DNA of 64,000 nt from NCBI RefSeq assembly GCF_006345805.1, contig NC_042997.1:25668001-25732000 (forward strand), in the 5' to 3' direction. The notes below the pieces were generated by a model. The model was given only the letters and a program-made list of their open reading frames with translations, did not search any database and was not told the origin of the DNA. Source of the DNA: Octopus sinensis. Taxonomy: Eukaryota. The position numbers were made by a program, and so were the translations under genes. How positions within the stretch are numbered: position 1 is the stretch's first letter; each line of letters starts with the position of its first letter. Shown here in pieces: positions 1 to 14,062 of this stretch.

Positions 1-1049
1 ATAAATAACAAAACAAAGCTATGATATTCTATAATATTTCACAAACACACACACATATACTTATATATATATGACAGACCATTTGATTATTGTATGGATA
101 TCATAGTAAGTTATCATATGGCAATTTTGCAGATGTTAATATCAGTACTATGTGTGCATGAATACAGTAATTCCTTTTTGTAAATAGAAAACTGAGAAGA
201 TATATCAAGAAAATATCATACCGGACGTCTTTGCTATTCGGTGTATTAACTTAATAAATGTACTTCAGAAAAATCGCTTTTGTTATTTACGAGGAAATTA
301 AACGCGAAATATCAATGTCAAAGGAATTATTAACAGCCATAACTATAACTGCATGAACACCATTTGCAACAACCACAATAATCAGAATAATAATGGTAAT
401 TACTATTATTAATAGCAGTCTGTTTGATAGTGTTGCCATTAGAATGTTGCCAAGGTGATTGAAATCAGTGGATGCTCTCACGAAGGTGACTAAAATTAAA
501 CAAACCAGAAAAAGAAAGGGCTTCAAAAAATAAAAACATTAAGTTGAACAATACCAATGTTAAGAAGAATCTCCAAAATGGGACTTTCCTATATACCTCG
601 GTTTATCCAAACAACCCAAACACACCGTCTCCAGCTTACTGTTGCATAGTTGTTATGGAGCCATTTTGCAATCCCGACAATATCGAATTCGCCATTCTCG
701 CTAAAGTTTGCCCGAGGAAATCTCCCCCTCTTTTTAACTACAGCTTCTTCCTCATGGAGCACTCGACAGAGATGATGTGAGCTTAGCCAGAAAGGAAAAC
801 ATTTGTCTTCAAAGTTTTTATTCACGTTTAGCAACATCTATGCTATGTCCCTCTGCTGAGGTAAACTGCCCTCTCTTGAAAGCTGATTTTGCCTAACTTT
901 GACAGTAGCTGATCTATGTACAACAACATGTCAGTATTGCACAGAAAAAGCTCAACGATTATGCATCAAAGATTTTCGAAAACAGTTGAAAAAGTTTTGA
1001 ATGTAAGATAGCTTCTGGACATTGCCCATAATTAGTCTATATATTGAAA

Positions 1050-1290
1050 AAAGAGATTGATTTTTATATCTTGTCTTCTTTATAATAACAATGGCGCTGC
1101 TGGGATCATTCTATTTGACGCTAAAAATTAATATCGCCGGCAAAAGAATAGGGAAAAGTACCTCATCAATTTCTGCAAATTATTTAAAGCTTTATAGTAA
1201 AGTAAGAATCGACTGGATTATATGGTGCAAACTGTAACACAATTATTAGTGACAATGGATTGACTTTGCAGTCGAGAAATATGGTACACA
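1050..1290 (+). mobile_element. Possible highly degenerate LTR-retrotransposon (Gypsy-like) integrase core remnant
   Basis: With one frameshift it reads IDF-ISCLLYNNNGAAGIILFD (~1056-1130), and about 64 codons later TIISDNGL (~1238-1262). This resembles the xDF...ILVVVD and IxSDNG integrase motifs. There are many stops and no LTR is visible. Confidence 0.3.
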
Positions 1291-2529
1291 GGATCGGAAT
1301 GTGAATAAATCAAAGGAAAAGCTGGAGAGTGGTAACATCGACCCTTAAGATGGTATAAGGAAAAGTGATAGAATTAAAAGTAAAGAGCTGATGGAATTCT
1401 TCTTTACACTCGAAAATGAATGCAGGAAATATATATGCAGTGACATTAAAAATAGCGTCATTTACAAAGATATGCAACAAGAATTCTTGAGGTAGAAACA
1501 AAAAAGAATTAGGGATATCAACAATATGATGAAGAAGCTTCCCACAGTATACTGAAGCATGAATCCATACCACAAGGATGTAGACAGCTTTTTTGCCGAA
1601 AAGAACAGGACGAGGGCATTAAAAGGAGGATTAGAGAAATATGCGTAGGGTTCTATGAAGTTCTTACTAATATAGGAAAGTTCTTACTATGAAGTTCTTA
1701 CTAATATACGAAAAGGGCCAAGTTGACTTTGGCAGGATTTGGTATCAAAAGGCAATGTGCCGGAGAAAATTTATCCAATGTTCTCAATACAACAAGAGGC
1801 AGTGTCACTTTTATTCTCTGAAAAATATCTGTTAACAACATTGAAATGACAACGAGCGAAATCGAAAATAAATAAAGAATATATTGAGATGTTGTACATT
1901 AGCTATTTAGTGTATTTGTATTACTTATACGGTCATAAAAATAATATATTGCACATTTACGCACACTAATAGTCAATTAGCCACGACATTTAAACGGCGA
2001 TGGAACACAGAGTCGAATGTCCACCAGACATATTCAATCCCCACTTAAAAGAATGGCAAACATTATTTCATAATGTTAAGTTAGCATTAACAATATTTTT
2101 ATGTTGTGAATATCAAAACTTTAAAAGAAAAGAGAACATTATTTTAATAAATGATATTGTTTTAACAGTTGTGGCAAGTACGGAAGAAAATTCAAGCGTC
2201 TTTCAGCCTTATTAAAACCTCTTGACTAAATAATGACTTCATCGTACTCGCTGAAGAATCTATGATAGAATATTTAAAAAGGATTCGCAAAATAGCACAA
2301 TAATTTTGATATGAATTTAACTTATTAAACTGTATATATGATTTGAAGGTAATTATTTAGTTATGCAATCTATCGGTATAAAACCCAAAGTTCCGTTATT
2401 TTTCTCAGTATTAATGCAGCGAAATAAAGCATTTTCTAAATATATACTGTCATTCTAACTAAAATCAACACAGATATACGTACTCTGAATTTGTTGTATG
2501 ATAACGAGCACACCCTGCATATCTTGGGG

Positions 2530-3390
2530 GAACAAAATCTCATCGTAATTGTTGAGGAACTACCAAAGAAGCTTCGATTTGGTCATTCAAACGTTCATTG
2601 ACACCTGCGTGAAATCGGAAAAATCAGCAAATTGGGTCAATGGATTCCTCACAAACTTTCCTAGTCTAATCTAATCGCGTGGAGAAAATAAATGCGTGCT
2701 TCTCTTTGCTGGCACGTTTCACGCATGAACCTGTTTTGGGACCGGATAGTGACCGTTAACGAGAAATGGGTTCTCTATAAAAATGTCAAGCGCCGAAGAC
2801 AGTGGGTATTGAAAGGAGAAACACCGGCACTCCAGGCTAAAGAAGGTCTTTACCGACGTAAGGCGTTGTTATCTGTTTGGTGGCATATGAAAGATTTAGT
2901 CTACTTTGAACTTTTAAACTCAAACCAAACGATAACATAGGAGATTTACAATGAGCAGCTTGAGCGGCTTAAGTCAGCGCTAGAAGGAAAAAGATCATGT
3001 TTGTTTTCAAGACGAAAGGTGTTCATTTATCAGGATAATGCTTGGCCACACACAGCGAGGATAACATTACAAAGGCTGGAGCAGTTTGAGTGGGAGACGA
3101 TGTCCCACCAATCATATTCATCTGACATTGCCCCATCTGATTATCATTTATTCCGCAGTCTTCAAAATCATTTGGACGGAATAAATATGAATTCTGTAGA
3201 CGAGGTCAGAACAGTACTGGAAGAGTATTTTTCTTCACGGACAAGAGAATTTTGGAAGAGGGGCCTTGCAAGAATACCAGAAAGATGGAAGAGCATTGTA
3301 GAAAATGAAAGAGAGTATAATTTAAATATAAAAAGAAATTTGTTTATCTAAAATCTGAAAACTAAAAGAATTATTAAAAAACCGGTTTGG
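2530..3390 (+). mobile_element. Mariner (DD34D) transposase pseudogene, 5'-truncated
   Basis: One frame interrupted by in-frame stops (including 2662, 2689, 2938): ELPKKLRFGHSNVH*HLREIGKISKLGQWIPHKL (WVPHEL motif at 2641), IVTVNEKW (first catalytic D changed to N), LLSVWW, YQDNAWPH, YSSDIAPSDYHLF. There are 34 residues between the 2nd and 3rd Asp. Confidence 0.92.
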
Positions 3391-4380
3391 ATGACCGGAT
3401 TGGGTGTGTGAGTGTGTATACGTGCGCACGTGTGTTTGTGTATGTCCCACCCATCACCGTTTGAGAACCGGTGTTTATCCTGCTTAAGGAGATAGGCGAC
3501 CAACTGTTGTCCAACACATCAACACTCCTTTCTGCTGTTTCAGTGTACAGATATCGTTTATTTTTATTGCCCACAAGTTTGCTGATGAGAATGAAACCGT
3601 TAATTTTTTCCTTTAAATTATTGCTGGTCAGTATCTGAAGAAATGACATGATCGGGAAGTACATTCAATACGGCTTAAAGAATAGGACATAACGGTTATT
3701 GCAGAGCAAATTGAACGACATAGTTGGAGAAACGAAGCACAGGTGGGAGTTCCATTTTCTTGTTCCAACAGAATCATTAGATTCAAGAATAAAATCTTTG
3801 AGTTATTTCGTGTCACTGGGAACTGTCAGATCCTCTCACTGTCTTTTGACAGGAGCAAACCTGGCTCCTTAAAGAACTATTGTTATCTTCATTATCAACC
3901 ACAATATTTTTTGTATGGTCGTCGCTCCTGGCGTCACTGCAAATCCTTCGAAATATACGCTAAACACTTTGAAGCTATTTCTTTTCTCTATTAAGTGTTC
4001 ATTTAAATGTTAAGCGTCTTTTATGTTTTCATGGAAGTAATCTTCCTGTGATATATTTTGCCGTTATACTGTTTTGTGCGCGTTTATATTTTTGCCTTTT
4101 TTTAGCATCTACAGTAACAAAAAAATATATATCACTATTACGCAGAAGCAAAAAAATATATATATAATATCTGTAATGATAAATTCATTCTGTTTTTTCT
4201 TTTTTTTCAACAGTTAGTGCCTGTGGACGACGTCCATATGTAGTTTAATATCCTTTTGGCAAGTACGCCAATAAAAGACTTTTCGTTTGGCAAAGATTAA
4301 CATTTCCTTTCAGAGCTAGCGAAAATTATCCGCATGCTATGAATAATAATAATGATAATAATAATAATAATAATAATAAT

Positions 4381-4926
4381 GCAGTACCAGGCAGTGGCTC
4401 TCATGGCTTCTGATCTTAACTGATTGGAAGTGTTATCATGTACATTGTTTTGTCTTGGTATAAAAGATGGGCTACAGCAAATATTCTGCTCAATACCACA
4501 GATTTGCTTGTCAGTTGTTTGACCTTAACCAGTTGAGCATGTCCCTTAGTGGCTGACGATATGTGCATCTCTGATCACGAGCAGAAGTAGTAGGGGAGCA
4601 TCATAGCCATGTATTGAGAGGGATTCTTTGGGGTTTGAATAATTCACCTCTGGAAACATGAGTGGTTTTTTCAACATCCTTAAACAACCCTTATTCAGGG
4701 ACCGTTTGAGTGGGATGGGCTACTCAACCTGAAGAAAATTCTAACTGGGCCCCACCTGCAAGGTCATGTGCTGTTTATCTTGATATGAGATCACCATGTC
4801 GCGCACATATGGTTGTGATGCATGTGCCTGGTGTACCTTTATCAGACAGGTAGTCATGATGGGTATATTGGGCTTTGTATATTTTACCCCAGTGTCACTT
4901 TGATGGCATGAACTGCTCTCTCACTC

Positions 4927-4993
<67 letters not shown>
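4381..4993 (+). mobile_element. ~550-bp non-coding repeat (putative R4/Dong-like LINE 3' UTR) with (AAT)n tail, copy 1
   Basis: Closely similar to 9120-9703 and 48446-48939. Begins right after (AAT)n at 4342-4380 and ends ...ctctcactc followed by (AAT)n. Confidence 0.8.
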
Positions 4994-5820
4994 GAGATAA
5001 TAATATGAAATTCAAAGAGAGCATGTTAGACAGATTGAAGATAAAACACTACTACATGGTCAATTTTGAAGAGCCAGTGGAGATATATGTGGAACAAAAA
5101 TCCTGGGCTTGGTTAAAAAAAAAGGGCAATTAAAAAAGAAACAAAGAGCCTAATTGTAGCAGCCCATGATCAAGCTATATAAAAAAAACTTGAGGAAAAA
5201 TGTATATAGAGAGGATGTGTCACAAAAGTAGAGTCTATGGAACTTGGAATGCCCCAAGTTGGTATAGGTGGAATGTAAAAAAATGATGACAAGACCAAGT
5301 TGTGAAAGATTCACACATGAATCTTTTGTGGATTTGAAGATGGAGACACATAGCATGGACAGTGGGTCAAAAGAGCGCTGGAGTCGGGGAATCGTAAGTC
5401 TATATGGGACTTTCCTATTCAGACGGACAAGAAGCTAGAACTTAATAAACCAGACATAACATTAATAGACAAGGAAAGGCCTAGTTGTCTAATAATTGAT
5501 CCATCACGTAAGTTTGATTCCAGGAGTGTAAAGAAAGGAAACGAAACACAAAGAAAACAAAGACATGCAATCCTTAAAATTTGAAATTGTAAATATGAAA
5601 ATGTAAAGGTTGTGCCTATAATGATTGGTGCACTGGGAACTGCAAGGAAAGATATAGACAACAAATAGTTGAATGGAGATTGGAACAGAATGTCCTGTAG
5701 AGTTTCTACAGTAGGTTTGCCTCTTAGGGAGAGGAAAGATTATCAGGAGTGTCTTTTGAAAGACTATTGAATCCGCTACACACTCAAATTCTGCAAAGAA
5801 GAGATACGAACCTGAGTAAA
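4994..5820 (+). mobile_element. R4/Dong-like LINE 3' fragment (post-RT region and RLE endonuclease), (TAG)n tail
   Basis: Degenerate LHGQF, ETxSLIVAAxDQA, IIDPSRKFD, VKVVPIMIGALG, LQxVCLLGxGKIIRSV motifs. Followed by a (GTA)n array at 5829-5950. Similar to 56560-57980. Confidence 0.8.
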
Positions 5821-5854
5821 AATTAATTGTAGTAGTAGTAGTAGGAGGAGGAGG

Positions 5855-5940
<86 letters not shown>

Positions 5941-5949
5941 CAATAGTAG

Positions 5950-5999
<50 letters not shown>

Positions 6000-6000
<1 letters not shown>

Positions 6001-6941
6001 AACGATGTGGAGCCACTGTTGAAACATACGAAGAAAGCTGGCGTCATCAAAACTGAGAAATGTGTAATGAGAGAAAAATTGAAAGAAGAAATGAACACAA
6101 AAAAAGGTAGAAAAGTATGTACCGTGAACTTGCAAGGGATATGAACGCCAGGAAAGATATAGAGGACCAGTGGCTATGGGTGAGGAGAATTGATCTGAAG
6201 ATAGAGACAGAAGCACTCATATGAGCAACTCAAAAACAAGCGTTAAGAAACAATTATGTGAAGTACAGAATTGTTAACACTACCGATAGCGACAAATGCA
6301 CAATGTGTGGTGTGAGGGGTAAAATGGCACGAAACATCGTTAGCGAATGCCCGAAATTGGCACAACGCGAATACAAAAGACGACGTGGCAATGTGGCAAG
6401 AATGATCCATTTGGCGCTCTGTGGAAATCACGGCCTACAATGAGCAAATATGTGGTATGGCAAATTCCCAGAAGGAGTCACCGGGAATGAGAATTGCAAA
6501 ATCCTGTGGGATACAATGATTCAGTACGATCCCCTGACCAAACATCGGAAATCAGAAAGAAAAATGAATAGAACACGTATAGTAATTGACATTGCATGTC
6601 CCGGTTGAAAACAGGATCAATGAGAAAGAAGAGAAAATAAACAACTACCACGATCCAAAGTGGGAACTACGAAGCTTGTGGTCAATGAAGAGAGTAGGTT
6701 TGATACCAGTAGTAACTGATGCACTTGGAAGTATCAGCACTCAACAAACAAGAAGGCTGTAAATGATCGGTGTAAGTGGGAAGCTAGAACACCTATAAAA
6801 TCAGCATTTCTTGGAATTGCAAGAATTCTTCGCAGGGTTCTTGAAACAAGACCTGTAAACAAGTGTCACTTATGTCTGCTGGCTGTGGACAGCTGGCACT
6901 GTCCATCATACCCAGCAAAATAAGCTGTGAGTTTCCATCAA
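6000..6941 (+). mobile_element. R4/Dong-like LINE 3' fragment (CCHC knuckle and RLE), (AAG)n tail
   Basis: ORF 6258-6443 DKCTMCGVRGKMARNIVSECPKLAQREYKRR matches the CxxC...HxxxxC knuckle. Downstream ENCKILWD, IVIDIACP, LIPVVTDALG and FLGIARILRRVL follow, then (AAG)n at 6948-7053. Confidence 0.85.
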
Positions 6942-7024
6942 ATAACAAGAAGAAGAAGAAGAAGAAGAAGAAGAAGAAGAAGAAGAAGAAGAAGAAGAAG
7001 AAGAAGAAGAAGAAGAAGAAGAAG

Positions 7025-7052
<28 letters not shown>

Positions 7053-7055
<3 letters not shown>

Positions 7056-7240
7056 GCGCAGTATTAGTGATGAAGAGAGGCCGGATGGTAAGCATCATTG
7101 AACCACTATTGAATAATGAGGGGTACAGGCATCTAGGAGTACTGCAAGACAATAGGGTAGTTGAAGGAGAAATGTGCGAGATAGTCATTAATGAGTAGAA
7201 GAAGAAAATTAGGAAGGTGCTTGAAACAAAAGTAAATTGA
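7053..7240 (+). mobile_element. R4-like LINE RT C-terminal fragment
   Basis: KCAVLVMKRGRMV...EGYRHLGVLQ...RKIRKVLETKVN starts directly after the (AAG)n array. Confidence 0.7.
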
Positions 7241-7244
7241 ATAC

Positions 7245-8225
7245 CTGTCACTTCATTCTCCCCTGAGTATTCGAAAATGTAAGCATCCTCTTTATTCCAA
7301 GAACATTACAGTTTTCTCTGTTAGGACAGATAAAAGATCATCTCCAGTAAAATTTTAAAATTCATATCTACAATTCTCTGTGAAAAAATGCCTTCCTTTT
7401 TCTTACGGCTCCTTTTTTCTCTGAATATTCGAAAATGTAAACATCCTTTTTATTGTAAATGTAGAAATTTTAATATCTCCAATTTTGCGCAAACATTTTG
7501 TCTTTCCTTCTTCCCTGATTAACATAGTATGTTAACATGCCTTTTATTGTAACAACACAATTACATGTACGTTAAAAAATTAAGGAAGTTAGCACCTGCC
7601 AATATATACATACTGCACAACTTCAAAAACTGTAAATCACAGCAAAACTTCTAAAAAGAAACCAAATATTCCAAAAGAAAAAGAAATTCAGAGATTCAAA
7701 AATCCAGCAAGGTGAACATCTCTTCCTCCTAGTATTACCAAAGACTGGAATATCTACAATTTCCTGTGAATATTTAAAATCCCCCTCAAAATAAAATAAG
7801 TTAGGAAATTTACATACCTACAGCTTTCGAACACACAAATGATCAACTTAATAAAAAAATAACCTTAATATCTCCACCTGCACTATCTTTTTCTTTCTCC
7901 CTGAGTATTCGAAAAAGTAAACATCATACTTCTTTTTATTCTAAGAACACTAGCATTTCTCTCTATGCGGTTATACAAAATACCATATTTAGTAAATCTT
8001 AAAACTTTTCTATCTACAACTTGTTCTCTTTTCTTTTTGATTCTCGCTGAGGATTCGAAACTGTAAACATCCTTGTCATTGCACAAATCCTACTGTATTC
8101 TCCAACTGAACAGACAAACGAACATCTCTAGAAAACTTAGAAACTTTAATATATTACCCAAATACGTAAACACACCTTTTATTGCAACAGCAAAATTGAA
8201 TTCAGAAATTCAAAAATTCAACGAC
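7245..8225. repeat. Old degenerate tandem repeat (~150-bp subunits in a ~630-bp higher-order duplication)
   Basis: The motif CTGA(G/A)(T/G)ATTCGAAA(A/C)(T/A)GTAA(A/G)CATC recurs at ~7263, 7421, 7901 and 8047. 7245-7460 aligns by eye with 7885-8085. Confidence 0.6.
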
Positions 8226-8266
8226 GAGAATATCAGTATATATATGCGTGTGTGAGTATATATATA

Positions 8267-8390
<124 letters not shown>

Positions 8391-8693
8391 TATGTATGTA
8401 TGTATGTGTATATATCTCTCTCTGTATAATTATATATTATGATTCTTTTTTCGGCCAATAAAAACAAATAGAACAGGTTGAATTGCGCCTTTTTAAGGCA
8501 GAGCTCTCAGTGGCCACCTGCAGTAGTAAACACATTTGACGTCTGCTGACCCAAAGCGTAGATAGATTCTTTTGTCCGTATGGCTGACCTACCCACCCTC
8601 TGCCGAATGTATTTATAGCCATGTAGAATATGATCTATTCGCCAACCTGCAACCCACCTATTTCCGCCAACAACCACACACACACACACACAC

Positions 8694-8738
<45 letters not shown>

Positions 8739-9073
8739 GATTATCTGAAGTACAAGACCAAAGTTGGAAATAAAGTACATTTAGTAAAATATTTTAATAA
8801 TAAATGGAACTAGTAATAATAATAATAATAACAATGGTAGTGGTGGTGATGGTAATGATAAAAATAAAAATGCTAATAATATGCTGCAGCTGCTAATACT
8901 AAATACCACTAACACTACAATAATACTACAACTACTACTATTATGATAGCACAGGAATCTGAGGCCCAACTACCACCCTTACCACTACCCGCACTCTTGC
9001 TACTGTTGCTGTTGCTGCAACCACTGCTGCTAATACACATGAAAATAATAATATCAGTAGTAATAATAATAAC

Positions 9074-9119
<46 letters not shown>

Positions 9120-9121
<2 letters not shown>

Positions 9122-9703
9122 AAATGCCCTGATGCAGTACCAGGCAGTGGCTCTCATGGCTTCTGATCTTAACTGATTGGAAGTGTCATCATGTACATTG
9201 TTTTGTCTTGATATAAAAGATGGGCTACAGCAAATATTCTGCTCAATACCACAGATTTGCTTGTCAGTTGCTTGACTTTAACCAGTTGAGCATGTCCCTT
9301 AGTGGCTGACGATATGTGCGTCTCTGATCACGAGCAGAAGTAGTGGGGGAGCATCATAGCCATGTGTTGAGAGGGATTCTTTGGGGTTTGAATAATTCAC
9401 CTTTGGAATCATGGGTGTTTCGTTCAACATCCTTAAACAACCCTTATTCAGGGACCTTTCGAGTGGGATGGGTTATTCGACCTGAAGAAAATTCTAACTG
9501 GACCCCACCTGCAAGGTCATGCGCTGTTTATTTTGATATGAGATCACCATGTCGCGCACATATGGTTGTGATGCATATGCCTAGTGTACCTTTATCAGTC
9601 GGGTAGTCATGATGGGTATACTGGGCTTCGTATATTTTACCCCAGTGTCACTTTGATGGCATGCACTGCTCTCTCACTCAATAATAATAATAATAATAAT
9701 AAT
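9120..9703 (+). mobile_element. ~550-bp putative R4 3' UTR repeat, copy 2, flanked by (AAT)n
   Basis: Closely similar to 4381-4926. Preceded by (AAT)n at ~9060-9118 and followed by (AAT)n at 9680-9703. Confidence 0.8.
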
Positions 9704-11135
9704 GAAAGGAAACGGGTGGAGCTTCCTCCCCATTCTCATGAGCTGATTAATGATACATCTGGTGATGGTGTCACAATAAAAACACTGGTAATTGCGCAAT
9801 CTGACAATCGCTACCTCATATGATTGACGATGAAAAAACAAAATATTGTGAATAACTGTGGTAAAGAAACTGAAGTTAATGATGGTAACAGCGTTACACT
9901 CGGTAGACTCAGATATTCTGGTCCGGCACCCGCCTGCCGATACCCAGAAAGGGACCACCACACACGGCGTAGATGGAGCAAGCAAATTAATGCTGTGGTC
10001 TTGGAGTGTTACTACCTGAGCATCCCAGTAGAAAATGGTGCTCAAAGTAGGGGATTACCGACAACGTATGTATGATCATTGGAGAGAAAAGGGATTGCTT
10101 TAACTCAAGGAAGCTAGAGCAATAAGAAAAAATCGTTGGTTCACAGAAGTAGAGCTCGAAGCTATCAAAAGACGGGTCATGGAAAATAGCTGCAGAGATA
10201 ACAAAGAGAATACAGTTCTTACTAATAAGAGTAATATCATAGCACAGAAAAGGGGCAGTGGTAGTTTACTTGATGAGAGACATATAGATGATCTAAAAGA
10301 AGACAATAAAACTAATGGCGACATGACAGATGAACAAAAGGCAATCTACGATAGAATAAAGGCATGTCTACATGAGAACGATAGCGACATCATCTGCAAC
10401 CTTTAAAGGGTTTATCGGTGGAAACTGAACCAAGAAACGAAAAATGCCAATGAAATCCTGGAATACATCAGCACAAACAACATCACAGAAACAAATAATT
10501 TGATCAAGGAAGCGAGTATTGCTGTAGATGAAAAAGTGGGTGTTGATGTCAAGAAAAGAAACATAATGGGAGTGACAAAGATAGGATCCGTGGTAGAAAA
10601 GAAGAATCCAGGCAAGAGTTAGACATGCTCCCGAAGGAAATCTCTGTGTTAGACCGCAACGAGAAAGGGGAGCGTAAAAGCGAACAAAAATACAGGGCAC
10701 TGAAAAGGAAATATAGTATTGAAAGAAAGGTCCTGAAAAGTAGTAATGGAGGAACTGAAACAGTGCCTCGTTGCAAAGACGGTACGATACGACCAAAGAA
10801 TGAAGTGTTACCACCAGAATAGTTTATTCAGAGTAGATCAGAAGAGATTCCGTAAAGAAATAAATGGAGAGTGTTCAGATGATATTTTGATTTCAGATAA
10901 CATTGAAAGTCAAAGCAGTGACATCTGGAGAAAAGACAAGGAGCACAAGGAGGATGCTGAATTTTTGATAAGAACTGAAACAGTAGTCTGTCCAAAACAT
11001 GCAGACGAGTCATTTCAGTTAGGGAAGTGAAGGAAATCACCAAAAATATGAGCAACTAGAAGCCTCGGGACCAAATAGCTTTCAAGGCTACTGGATCAAA
11101 AGATTTGGTGAATGATATGCACGAATAGCTTGGCA
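9704..11135 (+). mobile_element. 5' portion of an R4/Dong-like LINE (5' UTR and N-terminal ORF region)
   Basis: RRRWSKQINAVVLECYYLS, RQRMYDHWREKG, ARAIRKNRWFTEVELEAIKRR, EELKQCLVAK...YHQNSLFRVDQKRFRKEING are the typical pre-RT region of R4-clade ORFs. It starts immediately after an (AAT)n tail. Confidence 0.75.
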
Positions 11136-11145
11136 ACTCAACACC

Positions 11146-11239
11146 GAACCACAAAGTTACGGGGACATAAACACACAGCATGTGTCAAGTGATGTCGAGG
11201 GACAAACACAGACACACAAACACATACACACACACAGAG

Positions 11240-11279
<40 letters not shown>

Positions 11280-11447
11280 ACACACACACACATATATATA
11301 TATATGTTTCCGTCTACCAAATCCACTCACAAGGCTTTGGTCGGCCCGAGGCTATATTAGATGACACTTGCCCAAGCTGCCACGTAGTGGGACTGAACCC
11401 GTAACCATGTAGTTCGTAAGCAAGCTACTTACCTCACAGTCACTCCT
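11146..11447 (-). mobile_element. SINE family A, 3'-truncated copy
   Basis: Reverse complement of the tRNA-like head and the central (CA)n(TA)n tract seen in the full copies. Confidence 0.85.
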
Positions 11448-11471
11448 ATAAAAATAGATATAAATACATAC

Positions 11472-11508
<37 letters not shown>

Positions 11509-11541
11509 ATATATATATATATAATATATATATATATATAC

Positions 11542-11602
<61 letters not shown>

Positions 11603-12658
11603 TATGGATACATAGAAACATACATATATACATACACACTCATACGCACACAAACACACACACGCTGAACTGCGTGTGTGTGTATCATCTGCAGATAGGC
11701 ATTTCTATGTATGCACAATCCTCTAACATATACTTGCTTACATGTACGTATAGGGTATTTCGCAAGTTATATCCGTTGCTGAAGAATATTATGCGGTATG
11801 AAAATCGAAACTTACTGATTCATGTCATTTTCATTTGTTGTTTCCACATGATATCCGACATTCGTGGCTATACGAAACACTATTTGATGTATACAGTGAC
11901 TTAAGTCTCTAATGATATACATCTTAATCTCTTAATCTTTTTCATTATAAGCACTTTCATTTTTACTTCTATAACATGGATTATAAAAAGAAAGTTTGGC
12001 ATGGACTTTATGTATGCTCTCACACAGGTACGCACACACATATACATACATGTACGCACAAGCGCAAATATATGTGTGTGTGTGTGCGTGTGTATGTTTG
12101 CACATACATATGTGTATATATATGTGTGTATATATATATATATATATTTCTATAAATATATATATGTAATATAATTGTATGTTATGTATGTATACATGTG
12201 CATATACGATTATATGTATATATGTGTGTATGTATATATGCATCAATTTCGATTATATATATATATATATATATACCTGTATCAATGAATCTATGAAACT
12301 ATATCAGAAACCATCTTACAAACATAGTTTGTGTGTGTGAGAGAGAAAGAGAGAGAGAGTGTGTGTGTGTCTGTGTGTGGGGGGGGTTTATAAAATTAAA
12401 ATACTCTCTGTCACACTTCGGTGTTTGTCATCGGCAATATTTCGTTCAGATACAAATTTACATTACACAAATTGCTTGAAGTTTTGAAACTAAAAATTCG
12501 CACAGTTCCTTCTTTAAGTCTATATATATATATATATGTATATATATTTATCCATATTAATTATTCCACTCTACCTAAAGTATTTAGTACATTTCATCGC
12601 CGAACTGCATATCAGACTAATGCTGTAATACCACAACCATATATGCGTATGTTGATAT

Positions 12659-12701
<43 letters not shown>

Positions 12702-14022
12702 ATATATAAAATCAAAGTAAGCAACAAGGATATCGATATACGTATATATTCTGATATGCGTGTACATACACATACATTAATGTATAACTACATACCCATA
12801 TGTATTAGCACGCATTTGTATACATATAGACAGCAAGATATGTGTATATGTTTTCATATAAATCGTTTAATGAAAAAGTTATGTGTTGTAAATATTTGTA
12901 CGTAAGTTGTTTTTATTATATAATGCCTATGAAAAATATATAATACATAATCTATAATACATTTGCAGTTTGCATGTAAGTATGGTGACAATATGCGTAT
13001 GAACTTTCTTATATGCAGACATTAGAAAGTGCAATCTTAAAGCCCGTATGTTACGTTTTATGATTCACTCGCTATACATTAAATTCTTTTGATACTGAAC
13101 GTTTAAAGGTTAATTATCAACCCAAATATCTTTGAAATATTTCTGTATACTGTTTATCAGTAATAGTCTTGTTCTTCTTGATAGGGTGATTCTGTGAAGA
13201 AAACGCTTTAAATCTACTATAAGAACGAAAAAGAACATTGCAGATCTTCATTTAATCTAAAACTAAAATCTAAATCTGAAAGGTCAGTCTAATTCAAGGA
13301 AGCAAATATCCAATATCTTTCACAACATTATTGTCTTCCACTCTCTATATATCTGCTATCATTATAGTCGTAAGACAGCCAATCATTGCGGCCAAATTTC
13401 CAAATCTCTTGAATCGCATTGCAACAAAAGCCTTCTCCACCCTTACCTGCACCAACCTTATCGTGTCGACCATTATAGGCAACAGACGTGAAATGAAACT
13501 TTCTATATCATGATTATATTTCCTTCTGCCTTTGAGTAGATTTCAAAGGAATTCTTTCTTTTCATCAAAGACGTAGAGATTTGGCAAGAATATTGAGCAA
13601 TAGAATGCCGATCTCGTGAGAAGACAGCCGGAACCTGAGAACCTTTTCGTGGTAAGCTGAAAGTATTAAAACATAGATTAAACTATTATTAGATTTGTAA
13701 CAGAGTGCAATCGTTAAAATCTTAATTCAATCCGCGTTTTATTGATACATAAAATCTAGAAGCAGGCACTAACTATATCAAAATTTCAGAAACGCAACCA
13801 GTGTTTATTATATAAGCAACCATCTGCTTTGGATTTATCTATATCTATGCAGCATACGCTTTGATATTACAAGTTTATATGATAAGTCAGTCTTACTCTT
13901 ATACTTGTATGAAATGATCTGACAGCATCCGCGATTATAATTACGACTACTCTTAATATATCATGCCTAAATATTAAAGCAGAACTAGTGAGTTTTATTT
14001 AATTCTTTGTGTACGTGCACAC

Positions 14023-14062
<40 letters not shown>

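Noticed and set aside
3582-3600. CTGATGA-GAAT-GAAAC hammerhead-like core
   Set aside because: There is no stem II, no NUH after a stem III and no stem I complement.
4553-4590. CTGACGA in the ~550-bp R4 UTR repeat
   Set aside because: There is no matching stem II-GAAA-stem III arrangement in any of the three copies.
7263-7285. Repeated CTGAGTATTCGAAA as a hammerhead
   Set aside because: G8 is missing, and there is no stem II or stem I.
9704-9830. HDV-like ribozyme at the R4 5' end
   Set aside because: I could not trace a nested double pseudoknot by eye. A descriptor search would be needed to exclude it.
13380-13660. Good-looking acceptor (TTTCAG) and donor (CAG|GTAAGG) on the minus strand
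   Set aside because: All three frames between them contain stops. A non-coding exon cannot be excluded without RNA data.
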